A DNA stretch of 64,000 bases from a virus (Duplodnaviria; Caudoviricetes). The first letter of the stretch is position 1. The number at the start of each line of letters is the position of its first letter. Both the position numbers and the translations under genes were made by a program. Below the pieces are notes generated by a model. It saw only the letters and a program-made list of their open reading frames with translations, did not search any database and was not told the DNA's origin. The stretch spans positions 1-64,000 of the IMG/VR virus record IMGVR_UViG_2524023228_000003. One strand, 5' to 3'. Below, in pieces: positions 46,777 to 56,181 of this stretch.

Positions 46777-47331
46777 TCAGTGAACGATGTCCTTTTTTGC
46801 CTCCGGCTTCTCGGCCGGCGGAGCTGTGCGGCGCATGGCAATCTCCATGAGCTGCGCCTCGGTCATTTCAGCCACAGGAGTGCTGTGATTGACGTTGGTG
46901 GTGCTCTCGTCCTTCTGGCCGAGGTAGTTCTTGCCGAGGAAGATCGCGGCCGGCGCATTCTTGTCGGCGAGCGTCAGCTGCTTGCGGCGCAGCGAGACCT
47001 TGGCGTGCATCAGGCCGTCGTCCCAGACGTTGCGGGCCTCGGGGCAATCGGACAGGAACTTGACGAAGGTCTGGCGGGCCACACCGAGCACGGCAGCCAC
47101 CTCCTCCTGGGTACAGAACAGCTTGCCCAGCTCGCCGATCGTCCGGAGCGTCTCTTCGTCCGGCTGGAGCTTCGCCTGGGCGGCGCGGCGCTTGATCGGT
47201 TGAGCGAGAACCTCATCGAGGTACTCGTTCTCCTTGTTGTCCTTCTTCTGCTTTTCCTGGGCGGCAGCGGCGTAGGCGGCAGCCGCCTCCTTCGTCGGCC
47301 GTCCCCGGCGACGCGGCGGTAAATCGGTCAT
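46777..47331 (-). CDS. terS: Terminase small subunit-like protein
   Basis: HTH-like CTQEEVAAVLGVARQTF, AKVSLRRKQ, AAIFLGKNYLGQKD. Confidence 0.7.
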   Translation of the reverse strand: MTDLPPRRRGRPTKEAAAAYAAAAQEKQKKDNKENEYLDEVLAQPIKRRAAQAKLQPDEETLRTIGELGKLFCTQEEVAAVLGVARQTFVKFLSDCPEARNVWDDGLMHAKVSLRRKQLTLADKNAPAAIFLGKNYLGQKDESTTNVNHSTPVAEMTEAQLMEIAMRRTAPPAEKPEAKKDIVH

Positions 47332-47347
47332 TTTTCTTCTTCTTGTG

Positions 47348-47575
47348 TTATGCGGTGCCGGTCGCCTCGATCGCGCGGTCGAGGTCAGCCATATCCATGA
47401 CGACCACGATACCGTCAGGCGGCATCAGGATGAGCAGCTCTTCAGCCTCGTCCGGATCGTCCGTCTCTTCGTCGAACCGATCGATCATCCCAACGATGGG
47501 GACTGAGAAGCCGCCCTCGTAGACGACCGACATCGACAGGAAGTCGACAACAAACCTCTCTCGGTCAGCGCTCAT
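47348..47575 (-). CDS. Small acidic hypothetical protein
   Basis: VPIVGMIDRFDEETDDPDEA; overlaps the thioredoxin stop. Confidence 0.6.
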   Translation of the reverse strand: MSADRERFVVDFLSMSVVYEGGFSVPIVGMIDRFDEETDDPDEAEELLILMPPDGIVVVMDMADLDRAIEATGTA

Positions 47576-47900
47576 CTCTTGCGCCCGGGATCGACTGGCG
47601 CATCCACTGGGCGATTTCCTGCTTGGAACCGGAGCCGACGCGCTTGGCCAGGACCACCCCGTTTTCCATCGCCACGAGCGCCGGGATTTGCGAGACCTGG
47701 AAGCGCTGGGCCATCAGGTCGCAGTGCTCGACGTTGGCGGTGAAGAATTGAACGCGCTGGCCGTATTCTTGCTCGATGGCGTTCAGAGTTGGGGTCATCG
47801 CCTTGCATGGCTGGCACCACTTTGCTTCGAACTTGATGATGACGGGCAGTTTGGCCGCCGAGAATTCGGCGACCAACGTGGCGTCGGTGATGGCTTTCAT
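47565..47900 (-). CDS. Thioredoxin
   Basis: WCQPC active site, ..FQVSQIPAL..NG..GS. Confidence 0.92.
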   Translation of the reverse strand: MKAITDATLVAEFSAAKLPVIIKFEAKWCQPCKAMTPTLNAIEQEYGQRVQFFTANVEHCDLMAQRFQVSQIPALVAMENGVVLAKRVGSGSKQEIAQWMRQSIPGARDER

Positions 47901-48313
47901 CGGGAGAAGATTTTCTTGAGTGAGGAGAGCCCAGCCACCCCGCAGATGGTCAGAACGATCTGCACCTGCATGGTGTCGTAGGGCGCGGGAAGCGCGGCGA
48001 CCTTCCAGGTGCCGACCTCATGGCCGAACAGCGGGATGGAGTCGAAGACGACTGCCGCGACGTGGAAGAACAGGACCGCGAACGCGACCGGCACCATCCA
48101 GGCGGTGAACCAGTGCTCGCGGTCGTCCTTGCGCATGTCGGCCGCCATGCGGGCGACCTCGACCTTGTAGCGCAGCTCGGCCGCGTTCAGCTGGATGTCG
48201 CCGCCGACCGCCGTCTTGAATTTCTCGAGATCGGCGTCGGTCTTCTTGTTCAGCCAGTCCAGGAACGAGGTCCCAAACTTGGGCAGAAGGCCCATGATAA
48301 TTGAGAACAGCAT
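47897..48313 (-). CDS. Membrane protein, possible holin
   Basis: Three hydrophobic segments and a basic C-terminus (SLKKIFSR). Confidence 0.5.
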   Translation of the reverse strand: MLFSIIMGLLPKFGTSFLDWLNKKTDADLEKFKTAVGGDIQLNAAELRYKVEVARMAADMRKDDREHWFTAWMVPVAFAVLFFHVAAVVFDSIPLFGHEVGTWKVAALPAPYDTMQVQIVLTICGVAGLSSLKKIFSR

Positions 48314-48329
48314 GGCGGTCCTTAAAAGC

Positions 48330-48356
48330 AAAAAGGCCGCCCCGAAGGACGGCCTT
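48330..48356 (-). terminator. Rho-independent terminator
   Basis: AAGGCCGTCC-TTCG-GGGCGGCCTT + TTT. Confidence 0.75.
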
Positions 48357-48377
48357 GTGATGTGACTTCGGTATGGC

Positions 48378-48754
48378 TCAGAACGTCGCCGCCAGAACGA
48401 ACAGCGCATCGAGATCCGCGTCCGTTTTGCCGAGTGCCTGCTTGCAGGCCAGGATCAACGGATGATTTCGATCGAACGCAGTCGTGTAGTTCCAGCTGTC
48501 CTGGACCGTGATGTCCTGGCTGTTGACGTAATCCTCGACCTGCTGGCGCAATTCAATCTGGTAGAGCGCCAGCCTGACTGTCGAGGCGTCACCGATTGCG
48601 GAACAACCGGCTTCGCCATCTGCGCATCCACCTCTGCCTGCGTCGGCGCGATTTGCTCGGTGTCGATCCATTCGAGATCTTCAAGAGTTTCGCCACGAAG
48701 CACCCATTGCGCTCCTGGACGAAGGATAGTCAGAACTTCTGCGAGAGGGGTCAT
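48378..48754 (-). pseudogene. Tail fibre chaperone-like gene split by a 1-bp deletion (about 48578)
   Basis: MTPLAEVL..LRPGAQWVL..VPQSVTPRQ in one frame continues as VRLALYQ..W-x-Y..F-x-R-x-HP..LDALFVLAATF in the next; ATGA coupling to the fibre gene. Confidence 0.7.
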
Positions 48755-50793
48755 CGACGCACCGACATGATGGATTGTGACTTGTAAGCATATGTCCCGG
48801 TGCCACCCGAGACCTGCCCCCAAAGCGTGAAGGCGATCAGCTGGTCAGTCGCTGTTGCGCTCGTCCAGGCCGTACTTGCCGGCTTCGCGTAGTTTATGGT
48901 GTCAGAATGACCGTACGCCTGGATGCCATAATTGGCCGCGGTCGTGCCGGCCATAAGGTAGGTGATAGACGCGGCGGCACTGTTCTGGATGGTGCTGGCG
49001 ACAGAGTGATACCAAGTCTCGTTCGCCCAGAGCAATGCAAAGCAACGGATTGCGGTCTCAATCTCGACAATCGTCCCTGACGTTGTGGAGACGGTTGCAC
49101 TTGAAGACTTGGACAGAGTGACACCAGTGTCGTTGAACCACGACCTGACCTGGCGGGTGTCCGGCTGATCCCAGAAGTAGGCGGCACCACCCGTCTGCAC
49201 CATGCCGACGAGGGAGTAGGCGTCACCTGCTCCCGACATCACTTCCACGCCCACGTTGCCGGCGGTCGTGCTCGTGACGTGGCCGGTCCCGGCCTTGTCC
49301 AGGATGAGGTTGCCGCCAGAGATGGTCGCGTAGATGTAGTATTTCGTGCCGAACGAGAAGCCAAAGCTGCTGAGCGTGACGCCAGCGGCCGGGATCTCGT
49401 AATACTGTCCTGCAATTTTGATCAAGTTGCCATTGAACGGGATCAGCTTGAGCGTATTCGCATCGACCATGATCAGCTTGCACTGACCAGCAGCTCCTCC
49501 GACCACCATGTCGGCCCAACCGACCCCGTTGAAGACTCGCGTCTTCTTGCTGGCGGTATTGAAGTAGAAGTCGCCAGCGGTTGGGGCGGCGCCGGTCGGA
49601 TCCAACGCCGGATCGCTCGTCAGGCCACCGTAGTAGAGGCCGCGCAGGTTGTTGTACGCAGTTTGCGCGTTCGTTGCGCTTGTCGCAGCAGCCGATGCAC
49701 TGTTCGACGCATTGGTGGCCGAAGTGGCTGCGTTGGTCTCGCTCGTTCCGGCATTGGTTCGGGACGTCGCCGCAGCTGTGGCCGAGGCAGCCGCGTTGGT
49801 CTCGCTCGTTGCTGCGTTGTTTTTGGACGTCAGCGCAGCGGAGGCGCTGCCGGCCGCGTTGGTTGCAGAAGTCGACGCAGCGGACGAGCTGGTGCTGGCG
49901 CTGGTTGCGCTGGCAGCAGCATTGACCTCGCTCGTGTGAGCATTCGCTGCCGAGGTATCGGCCGCAGTCTTGGAGGCTGCCGCATTTGTTGACGACGTTG
50001 CTGCAGCTCCAGCGCTCACCGCAGCGCTTGTCGCGCTGGTCGCAGCGTTGGACTCGTGGGTCTGCGCGCTGTCACGATATGATCGTGCGTCAGATGCGCT
50101 CGCAGATGCGTCGGTCGCATATCCTGCGGCTGCGGTCTCAGACGCTGCGGCGTTGGTCGCGCCCAACTCAGCGCGGTCTGCATAGGTCGGACTCCCTGAG
50201 TCGCCCTGGTCTCCCTTGTCGCCCTTGTCGCCTTTCTCGCCGACCTGGCCGCGGATGCCCTGAGGCCCCTGCACGCCTTGATCGCCCTTGTCGCCCTTGA
50301 ACTGTCCCAGGTCGTGCCAAGTACCGTCGATGAACCCCCAGCCGTGGCCAGTGTCCAGAGTGACGAAAAGGTCTCCGTCGTCGGATGACAGCGGAAGGTC
50401 ATCGAACGTCGCGACCACGCCGTTCAGCGCGATACCGCGCCCCTGGTCGCCCTTGTCACCCTGGTCACCCTTCAGGCCGCAAGATCCGGTGGCACCCTGG
50501 CTGCCGGCATCACCCTTGGCGCCCTTGATGCTCGGAAACAGGGACAGAAACTTGGTCAGAGACACAGGGATCGTCCGCGTGCCGACCGTGATGTCGATCG
50601 TGACGTCGTCCTCATTGGGACTACCCGGATCTTCACCGACCGGCGCCTGCGTCGAGGCCAGTGCGATCTGCTTGCTCATCAAGAGGTACTTCGCACCGAC
50701 GTCCGTGAGCGACAGGATCGTGTTCAGTGCGTAGAAGTCTTCCCCGATATGGATTCCACTCGGGACGATGACCCGATATCGCTGCGTGCTCAT
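48751..50793 (-). CDS. Collagen-repeat and Ala/Ser/Thr-repeat tail fibre-like protein
   Basis: G-X-Y runs (GDKGDQGVQGPQG), repeats such as ETNAAASAT, YYGGLTSDP..GDFYFNT, beta-rich C-terminus. Confidence 0.75.
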   Translation of the reverse strand: MSTQRYRVIVPSGIHIGEDFYALNTILSLTDVGAKYLLMSKQIALASTQAPVGEDPGSPNEDDVTIDITVGTRTIPVSLTKFLSLFPSIKGAKGDAGSQGATGSCGLKGDQGDKGDQGRGIALNGVVATFDDLPLSSDDGDLFVTLDTGHGWGFIDGTWHDLGQFKGDKGDQGVQGPQGIRGQVGEKGDKGDKGDQGDSGSPTYADRAELGATNAAASETAAAGYATDASASASDARSYRDSAQTHESNAATSATSAAVSAGAAATSSTNAAASKTAADTSAANAHTSEVNAAASATSASTSSSAASTSATNAAGSASAALTSKNNAATSETNAAASATAAATSRTNAGTSETNAATSATNASNSASAAATSATNAQTAYNNLRGLYYGGLTSDPALDPTGAAPTAGDFYFNTASKKTRVFNGVGWADMVVGGAAGQCKLIMVDANTLKLIPFNGNLIKIAGQYYEIPAAGVTLSSFGFSFGTKYYIYATISGGNLILDKAGTGHVTSTTAGNVGVEVMSGAGDAYSLVGMVQTGGAAYFWDQPDTRQVRSWFNDTGVTLSKSSSATVSTTSGTIVEIETAIRCFALLWANETWYHSVASTIQNSAAASITYLMAGTTAANYGIQAYGHSDTINYAKPASTAWTSATATDQLIAFTLWGQVSGGTGTYAYKSQSIMSVRR

Positions 50794-50808
50794 GTTCTTC
50801 TTTTTGTT

Positions 50809-50881
50809 TGGCACCGGTGGCTGGAGTCGAACCAGCGGACTTCGGTTTTGGAGACCGTGCCACCACCACTGGCTCACCGAT
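50809..50881 (-). tRNA. trnW: tRNA-Trp(CCA)
   Basis: ATCGGTG/CACCGGT acceptor, CGGT-CTCCAAA-ACCG anticodon arm, GCTGGTTCGACTCCAGC T arm, encoded CCA; D arm atypical. Confidence 0.85.
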
Positions 50882-50894
50882 GCATGATTGAGGT

Positions 50895-50964
50895 GGCTGC
50901 CAGGAGGCTTCGAACCCCCGCCTGCGCCTTGCGGCGCCGTCCTTGTCCTCTAAACGATGGCAGC
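50895..50964 (-). ncRNA. tRNA-like element with a GCAA tetraloop in place of the anticodon loop
   Basis: GCTGCCA/TGGCAGC acceptor, Glu/Asp-type D arm GTTTAGAGGACAAGGAC, GCGCC-GCAA-GGCGC, GGGGG-TTCGAAG-CCTCC; no encoded CCA. Confidence 0.7.
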
Positions 50965-50971
50965 GAATTAG

Positions 50972-51047
50972 GCCGAGCGTTACCGGGGCGCAGGCCCAAC
51001 GCTCGGGAGATTTCCTGCGCCTCTCTCGCTTCACGCGAGCGCTCGGC
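50972..51047 (-). ncRNA. Candidate structured RNA (three-way junction)
   Basis: Stems GCCGAGCG/CGCTCGGC, CTCGC/GCGAG, GGCGCAGG/CCTGCGCC, CCCGA/TTGGG. Confidence 0.4.
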
Positions 51048-51077
51048 TGGACGCATGGCTCCAATTACCAGCCACCC

Positions 51078-51502
51078 CTATGTCATTAGGTGACGTTCGG
51101 CTGGACCGAGATAGGCGCACCAACCGCATCGCGTTTCGACGAAACCGTCGATCCTCCTCAGAGGCCGCTTTGCGGAATTACGGGCACGAATAGCTCTGGC
51201 TTTGTTCGACCCGCACTTCGGGCCACCTCCCCTCGCGGGGTTTGCGTAGATGACATCCTCGTCCGGGATGAGCGCCTCGCTGACCATCTTGGCTTCGAAG
51301 CGCCTGATGAGCTTCTGGCGATCGATGCCAAGGCAGTAGCTGCACTTGCACCGATAGCGCCCTCGCGCCCGGCGGCCCATGGTCAAATGATCGAGAGCAC
51401 TGCCTTGAGAACGACCACCGCGAGGATGGCGTTCACCGTCGCGGCCGGATGGGCAGCGACCCAGTCGACGGCATAGCCGTAGACAGCTTTGACTTTGTCC
51501 AT
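51078..51502 (-). CDS. Two small ORFs (about 51078-51380 Cys-containing; 51383-51502 39-aa hydrophobic peptide MDKVKAVYGY..)
   Basis: Manual translation; TGA/ATG proximity between the two. Confidence 0.5.
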
Positions 51503-51619
51503 TGTGGATTTCCTGTTGGAGGGGCCGGCGGAGAGGAAAGGAGGAAAACTCTCCGCCGGCATCCGGGGCTTAGCAGCAGTCGACGATTTGCTCGCCGCTC
51601 CCTGTTCTGCGCTCCGGGA

Positions 51620-53929
51620 TTACGGGTTCGGGTTGTAGGGGTTAGCGCCCGTTCCGGTTTCGACCTGAGCATTCGCCAGGAGGCGCGTGTTCGATACCAA
51701 TCCGGCGTAGCTTGCCGCCCGCGTCATGGTGCCAGAGTTGGCGCCGAAGATCGCGACAGGCGTTGACGTCGATCCGGTCGCGGTTGCGGTCACGCTGATG
51801 CGGTACCAGCCGTTGCCGAGAGACACGATATTCGCCGTTGCAGCCGAGCCCACCGTCGCCTTGACGCCGTTCTGGATGTCGAAGTTCGCATAGGCCAACG
51901 AGCCAAATGCGGCGCCGCCAAACAGCAACTGGATGAACTGAGCGCTCTCGAACCTGGCGGAGATGGCGAACGTATAGGCGGTGCCGGCGACGAACGCGAT
52001 GTTCGCTGACGTCAGGCTGTGCGCCAGAGTCTGCGCCTGCTCCAACATCCGATCCGCAGTGACTGTGCCAGTTGCAGGCTCGGCCGCGACGTTCGCGCTC
52101 ACGGTTGCCGAGGCGCCCGCCCACTGATCGAACGAGTTCGACTTGGTGACGAGGTTGGTCGCAACCTTTGCCGCTACCGCCGAGATGGCGGAGACCGGTC
52201 CGAGATAGTTGGTCGTCGTGACGCGGACGGTGATGTCGGCGCCAACGTCACCAGCCAAAACGGTATATGTCGACGAGGTCGCCCCAGCGATATCCACGCC
52301 GTTCTTCGCCCACTGATAGGCGAATTTCATCGGCGTATCGCCAGTCCACGATCCAACAGACGCCGTCAGGACGTTGCCTGCAGCAACCGAGGAGCCGGCG
52401 ATTACAGGCTGCGAGACGACTGTCGGCAGCGCGCCTGGCGCCACATAGGATCGCGATGCGCCCTGGATCTTGGTGGTGTAGCCGATGTCTGAGGCGGCCG
52501 GGTTCGTGCTGAAGTCGTAATAGTGGTAGGCGCCGCTCAGCCACAGGACCGAATACTTGGCCGACCTGTTGACCGGAACGACCGGTCGGACGTTCTCGCC
52601 GGCCAGGTCGCTGACACGCGCCCGGGTCCAGCTCAGACCCTTGTCCTTGGTCTGGTAGCGGTAGAGCTGCGAATAGCTCGCGGTGCCGACCGAGATGTAG
52701 AGGACCCCCTCTTCGGTCGTATCGAAGAAAGCGCCGGGGCTGTAGTAGCCCTCGGCCGCGCCCTGCCCGTCCGTGATCTGCGTCGAGCGAGTGTCGGGCA
52801 GCCCCATACCGAAGCCGGCGTCGACCTCGCGCTTGGTCCAGCTCACGCCGTCCCAACGTGCGTAATAGCAGCGATGATCCTGGGTGCTGACAAAACGCCA
52901 GAACACGCCCTCGACCACGCCTGACGCTCGACGCTGGACGTGAGAAACCCACATGTCGCCGAGATTGTCCGGAGCGCCGCTGGTTGCCACGGGCGTGAAC
53001 CCGGTGAACCCGATCATGGTCGAGCCGTCACCCAGCGCCGTGCCGTTCGATCCGCGCCACTGGCCGTTCTGCCAGTACACGTGGCGGACGTCGGTCTTTG
53101 CCCCCGCCTGCGCGCCGACTGCGTCCGTGCAGAGGATGTCGATGCGGTCGACGTTGTTCGAGGTGACCTTGTGGTAGATGCCCTGCGTGCCCGTGCTCTG
53201 TGCCAGGCGCTTCTCAGCGGTCCAGGTCGGCGTTGCGCCGATCGTCCCGCCATCCACAGTCGGCGGCGCCACGGTCGCGATATCGGCCGAGGTCACATAC
53301 GACAACGGACCGGAACTCGTGCCATTGCGGTAGAACAGGTAGAGCTTGTTGCCTTCGCCGGACAGGATGACCGGCGACGGATACGTCGGCTGGGCCGCGG
53401 TGTTGCCGAGGTTGTATTCCTGCGACCAGCCCTGCGCCATCGTGCCGACGCCGACCGAGATGCGGAAATAAATCGGAGCGGCAACGCGATGCGGCGCGTA
53501 GAAGGCGATCAGTCGTCCATCGGGACGCACCACGATCGTTGGATAGTCATGGTCGTCGGCCCACCAGGCAGCGATCGTGCTGGACTGCATGACCTTGCTC
53601 GTGATCACGCCGGTCGCTTCGTCGATCTCGTACAGCGTGGTGCGTCCGGTGCTCACGGAGTTGCCGTCCGAGCCGGTCGTTCCGAAGAACGTCTTGCCGC
53701 CAACGGCCAGAGCGCGGGGTTCGTGAAACCAGCACCAGGCGTCCGCGGCGCCCGCCGCCAGCTTTGAGAGCGAGAGCGGAGCCATGAGCGGCGGCGCGGC
53801 GATCGCGTTGCGGTCGGCACGTCGCTCTTGATTGTGCTCGTGCAGCCGAATTGCGGCCAGAGTGGCGCGCGAGATCGAGCGTCCCCCGCCAGGGCGGCGC
53901 GGCGACTTCGCGATTTTGATTCTACTCAT
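51620..53929 (-). CDS. BNR-repeat (sialidase-like propeller) protein with Ig-like and carbohydrate-binding-like C-terminal domains; probable virion adhesin or depolymerase
   Basis: AWCWFHEPRA..DDHDYPTIVVRPDGRL..TYPSP..TKDKGLSWT; GNVLTASVGSWTG..AYQWAKNGVDIAGATSSTYTV; LGNGWYRISVT. Confidence 0.7.
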   Translation of the reverse strand: MSRIKIAKSPRRPGGGRSISRATLAAIRLHEHNQERRADRNAIAAPPLMAPLSLSKLAAGAADAWCWFHEPRALAVGGKTFFGTTGSDGNSVSTGRTTLYEIDEATGVITSKVMQSSTIAAWWADDHDYPTIVVRPDGRLIAFYAPHRVAAPIYFRISVGVGTMAQGWSQEYNLGNTAAQPTYPSPVILSGEGNKLYLFYRNGTSSGPLSYVTSADIATVAPPTVDGGTIGATPTWTAEKRLAQSTGTQGIYHKVTSNNVDRIDILCTDAVGAQAGAKTDVRHVYWQNGQWRGSNGTALGDGSTMIGFTGFTPVATSGAPDNLGDMWVSHVQRRASGVVEGVFWRFVSTQDHRCYYARWDGVSWTKREVDAGFGMGLPDTRSTQITDGQGAAEGYYSPGAFFDTTEEGVLYISVGTASYSQLYRYQTKDKGLSWTRARVSDLAGENVRPVVPVNRSAKYSVLWLSGAYHYYDFSTNPAASDIGYTTKIQGASRSYVAPGALPTVVSQPVIAGSSVAAGNVLTASVGSWTGDTPMKFAYQWAKNGVDIAGATSSTYTVLAGDVGADITVRVTTTNYLGPVSAISAVAAKVATNLVTKSNSFDQWAGASATVSANVAAEPATGTVTADRMLEQAQTLAHSLTSANIAFVAGTAYTFAISARFESAQFIQLLFGGAAFGSLAYANFDIQNGVKATVGSAATANIVSLGNGWYRISVTATATGSTSTPVAIFGANSGTMTRAASYAGLVSNTRLLANAQVETGTGANPYNPNP

Positions 53930-53979
53930 TCGGTCCATCTGTTTTTTTTGGTTCTTGCTGGGCCGATCAGAGACGAGCG

Positions 53980-54243
53980 TCAGGAGACGTGCTCTTGCGG
54001 GAGCCGCCAGTTCGCTGGAACGGTCGTCACCGTCAGGCAGAGGTTGGGGACAAGCGTCTCCAGCACCCAGTCGCAGTGCGACCGCTCCACGCCCTCGCTG
54101 GGGCGGACGAGCTTGGCGTGTCCGAAGAGCTTCTTGATTGGTTGCCCGTAAATGACGGGCTCCCATTCATGCGGGTTCAGTTTCAGCCAGGCGATCATCG
54201 CCTCGGCTTGCCGCTTGGTGGCGGCTACCATTGCGTTCAGCAT
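53980..54243 (-). CDS. Hypothetical phage protein
   Basis: 87-aa ORF, coupled to the upstream gene. Confidence 0.55.
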   Translation of the reverse strand: MLNAMVAATKRQAEAMIAWLKLNPHEWEPVIYGQPIKKLFGHAKLVRPSEGVERSHCDWVLETLVPNLCLTVTTVPANWRLPQEHVS

Positions 54244-54245
54244 GG

Positions 54246-54599
54246 TCAGGCTTTCTGCGCGATAGCCCGATCAATCCATGCGTAGATCTCCGGGTTGTCC
54301 CGGCGAGCCATGATCATGACGGGCGTCAGTCGGTTCACGACCGTCTCTTCAGCGGCTCGTGACTTGAGCGCAGCGGCGTGCCAACAGGCGTGGTTGATCT
54401 CGTGCTCAAGAGTCTCTGCGAACCCGCTGTCAGGCAGGTCGTTGCGCACGTAGATGATGAAGTTGAAACGGTCGCAGAGACCGAGGCAGTCCTTTTCGTC
54501 GGCCTCAGCTGGATCCCAGTGGACGAGCTGATATTCGTAGATGCCGACCTTGATGATCGCCGGAAGTTGCCGCCGATCCGGGAGTCTCCTTCGGGTCAC
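54246..54599 (-). CDS. Hypothetical protein with HExxH zinc-peptidase-like motif
   Basis: CLGLCD..I..ETLEHEINHA..EE; GTG start overlapping the upstream corrected stop. Confidence 0.6.
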   Translation of the reverse strand: MTRRRLPDRRQLPAIIKVGIYEYQLVHWDPAEADEKDCLGLCDRFNFIIYVRNDLPDSGFAETLEHEINHACWHAAALKSRAAEETVVNRLTPVMIMARRDNPEIYAWIDRAIAQKA

Positions 54600-55077
54600 G
54601 AAAGGTCTCCCGGCCCGCAGTATCGGATGCCCAGCTTGTGCAGCTGGCGCGGCCCGAGTAAACGATCTGCGGATGAGCGATTTCGGCATTGTCCCCGTTC
54701 CAGCCGATGCGCTTCAGAAGCGACCGAACCTTCCCCGGGTAGAGGTTCCACATCATCGCTGAGAACTCTTCAGCGTGGGTGTACTTGACGGTGCCGTCAG
54801 GCTCCGTCTCGCGCAGGGATGCCGTGTGAAAGCCGAGACTTGCATTCGGCGTGATGCAGTAGTTCTGCTTCGGCACGAGGCCGAGGAAGATCGTGCAGGA
54901 GGAGACACACTCCCCGTCGACAACGATGCGCTCGCCGCTGTCACGGATGTCGGAGTACTTCTTGATGAAGTCTACGATGATCCCGCCGGGGTCGCCTTTG
55001 ATGATCAGCGCGTGTGATGGCGACACAGCAGCGATCATCACCAGGCCCGCAAGGGCCAGTGCTTTGAGAGCCTTCAT
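54596..55077 (-). pseudogene. Exported ClpP/crotonase-like protein with a 1-bp deletion near 54660
   Basis: Signal peptide, DPGG..IVVDGECVSSCT..LGFH; restoring one base gives LGPRQLHKLGIRYCGPGDLS* with GTGA coupling. Confidence 0.6.
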
Positions 55078-55296
55078 TTTTCGTGCTCGGTATTTTTGGG
55101 AGCCGGCTGGTCGTCAGCTGAAAAGGTGCGCCATTGAACAGAGGAAGATGACGATCAGCAGCGGCGCCAGGATGATCAGGTCAAAGGTTCTTGGGCCCTT
55201 CAAGGCGCACCTCGGACGGGTTCAAATCGAAAGCCCGCTCGATGGACGCCTGCCAGATCGCGTAGGTGAAGATGATGAAGCAGAACGGAAACGGCA

Positions 55297-55637
55297 TCAG
55301 TCCTCGTCGTCCTCGTAGATCATGGCGTCCCAGCGCGAGAAGATGTCTTGCGCGAGATCGACGACGAGGTTCTCGATGGTGTTGGAGATGATTGCCGCGG
55401 CGGCGACGATGCCTACCGCGAGGATGATGGCTTCCCAGATCACGGCCAGAAGCCCAGCCAGATGCCCCAACCGTGGATGACGCCGACCGGCCAGGCGACG
55501 AAGCCTATGACGGCCAGAGCGGTGCGACCGTCCTTGATGGTGGTCACGAGCGCCGTGGTCCAGGCACTGGCCGCGACGCACAGGCACAGGATGTACCAGA
55601 GGAGGTACTTTTTAATTTGGTCGAGATCCATCTTCAT
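55297..55637 (-). CDS. Two small membrane proteins (about 55297-55443 and 55440-55637)
   Basis: Hydrophobic ORFs with GTGA/ATGA-type overlaps. Confidence 0.5.
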
Positions 55638-56170
55638 TTGGCGGTCCATACGATCTTGGTGCCGAAGCCGCCGCTCGCCGGCCGCCAGCCCATGTAGAAC
55701 TCGAGTTTTCCGTTCCAGTAGCTGATGAACGGCAGGAGGCCGCTCGCCTTGAGCAGCGAGATCGGCAAGATCACTGCGAAGGCCGGATACACGCTCCATG
55801 CGAGCCAAGCCGCGATCGCCGAGACGATGGCTGCGCCGACGCTGAAGCCAGGATCGAGCAGCGCCCAGCGGAAGCCGAATGCTTCCGGCGTGCAGTCTCG
55901 GCCGGTGGTCCGCAGCACCTGGTCGGAGCCGTAGACCAAGTAGTTCTTGTCCTCGACGCCGAGCACATAGCCGACGACGTTCATCAGCGGGTTGCGGCAG
56001 ATGAACCAGTAGAAGCGTCGGAGCCAGACGTTGGTGACCTCCGGCAGGTACGGCTCACCGTTGTTCACGGCCGGCACGTTCCAGCCGTCGTCTCCGACCA
56101 GCCACCAGAGCGGATTGAACTTTTGCCAGATCGAAACTGGCTTGTGGTCGACGACCTGAGCGACGTCCAT
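55634..56170 (-). CDS. Hypothetical membrane protein
   Basis: KFNPLWW..WFICRNPLMN..one TM..EFYMGWRP. Confidence 0.65.
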   Translation of the reverse strand: MDVAQVVDHKPVSIWQKFNPLWWLVGDDGWNVPAVNNGEPYLPEVTNVWLRRFYWFICRNPLMNVVGYVLGVEDKNYLVYGSDQVLRTTGRDCTPEAFGFRWALLDPGFSVGAAIVSAIAAWLAWSVYPAFAVILPISLLKASGLLPFISYWNGKLEFYMGWRPASGGFGTKIVWTAK

Positions 56171-56181
56171 GTGCTTTCCTT

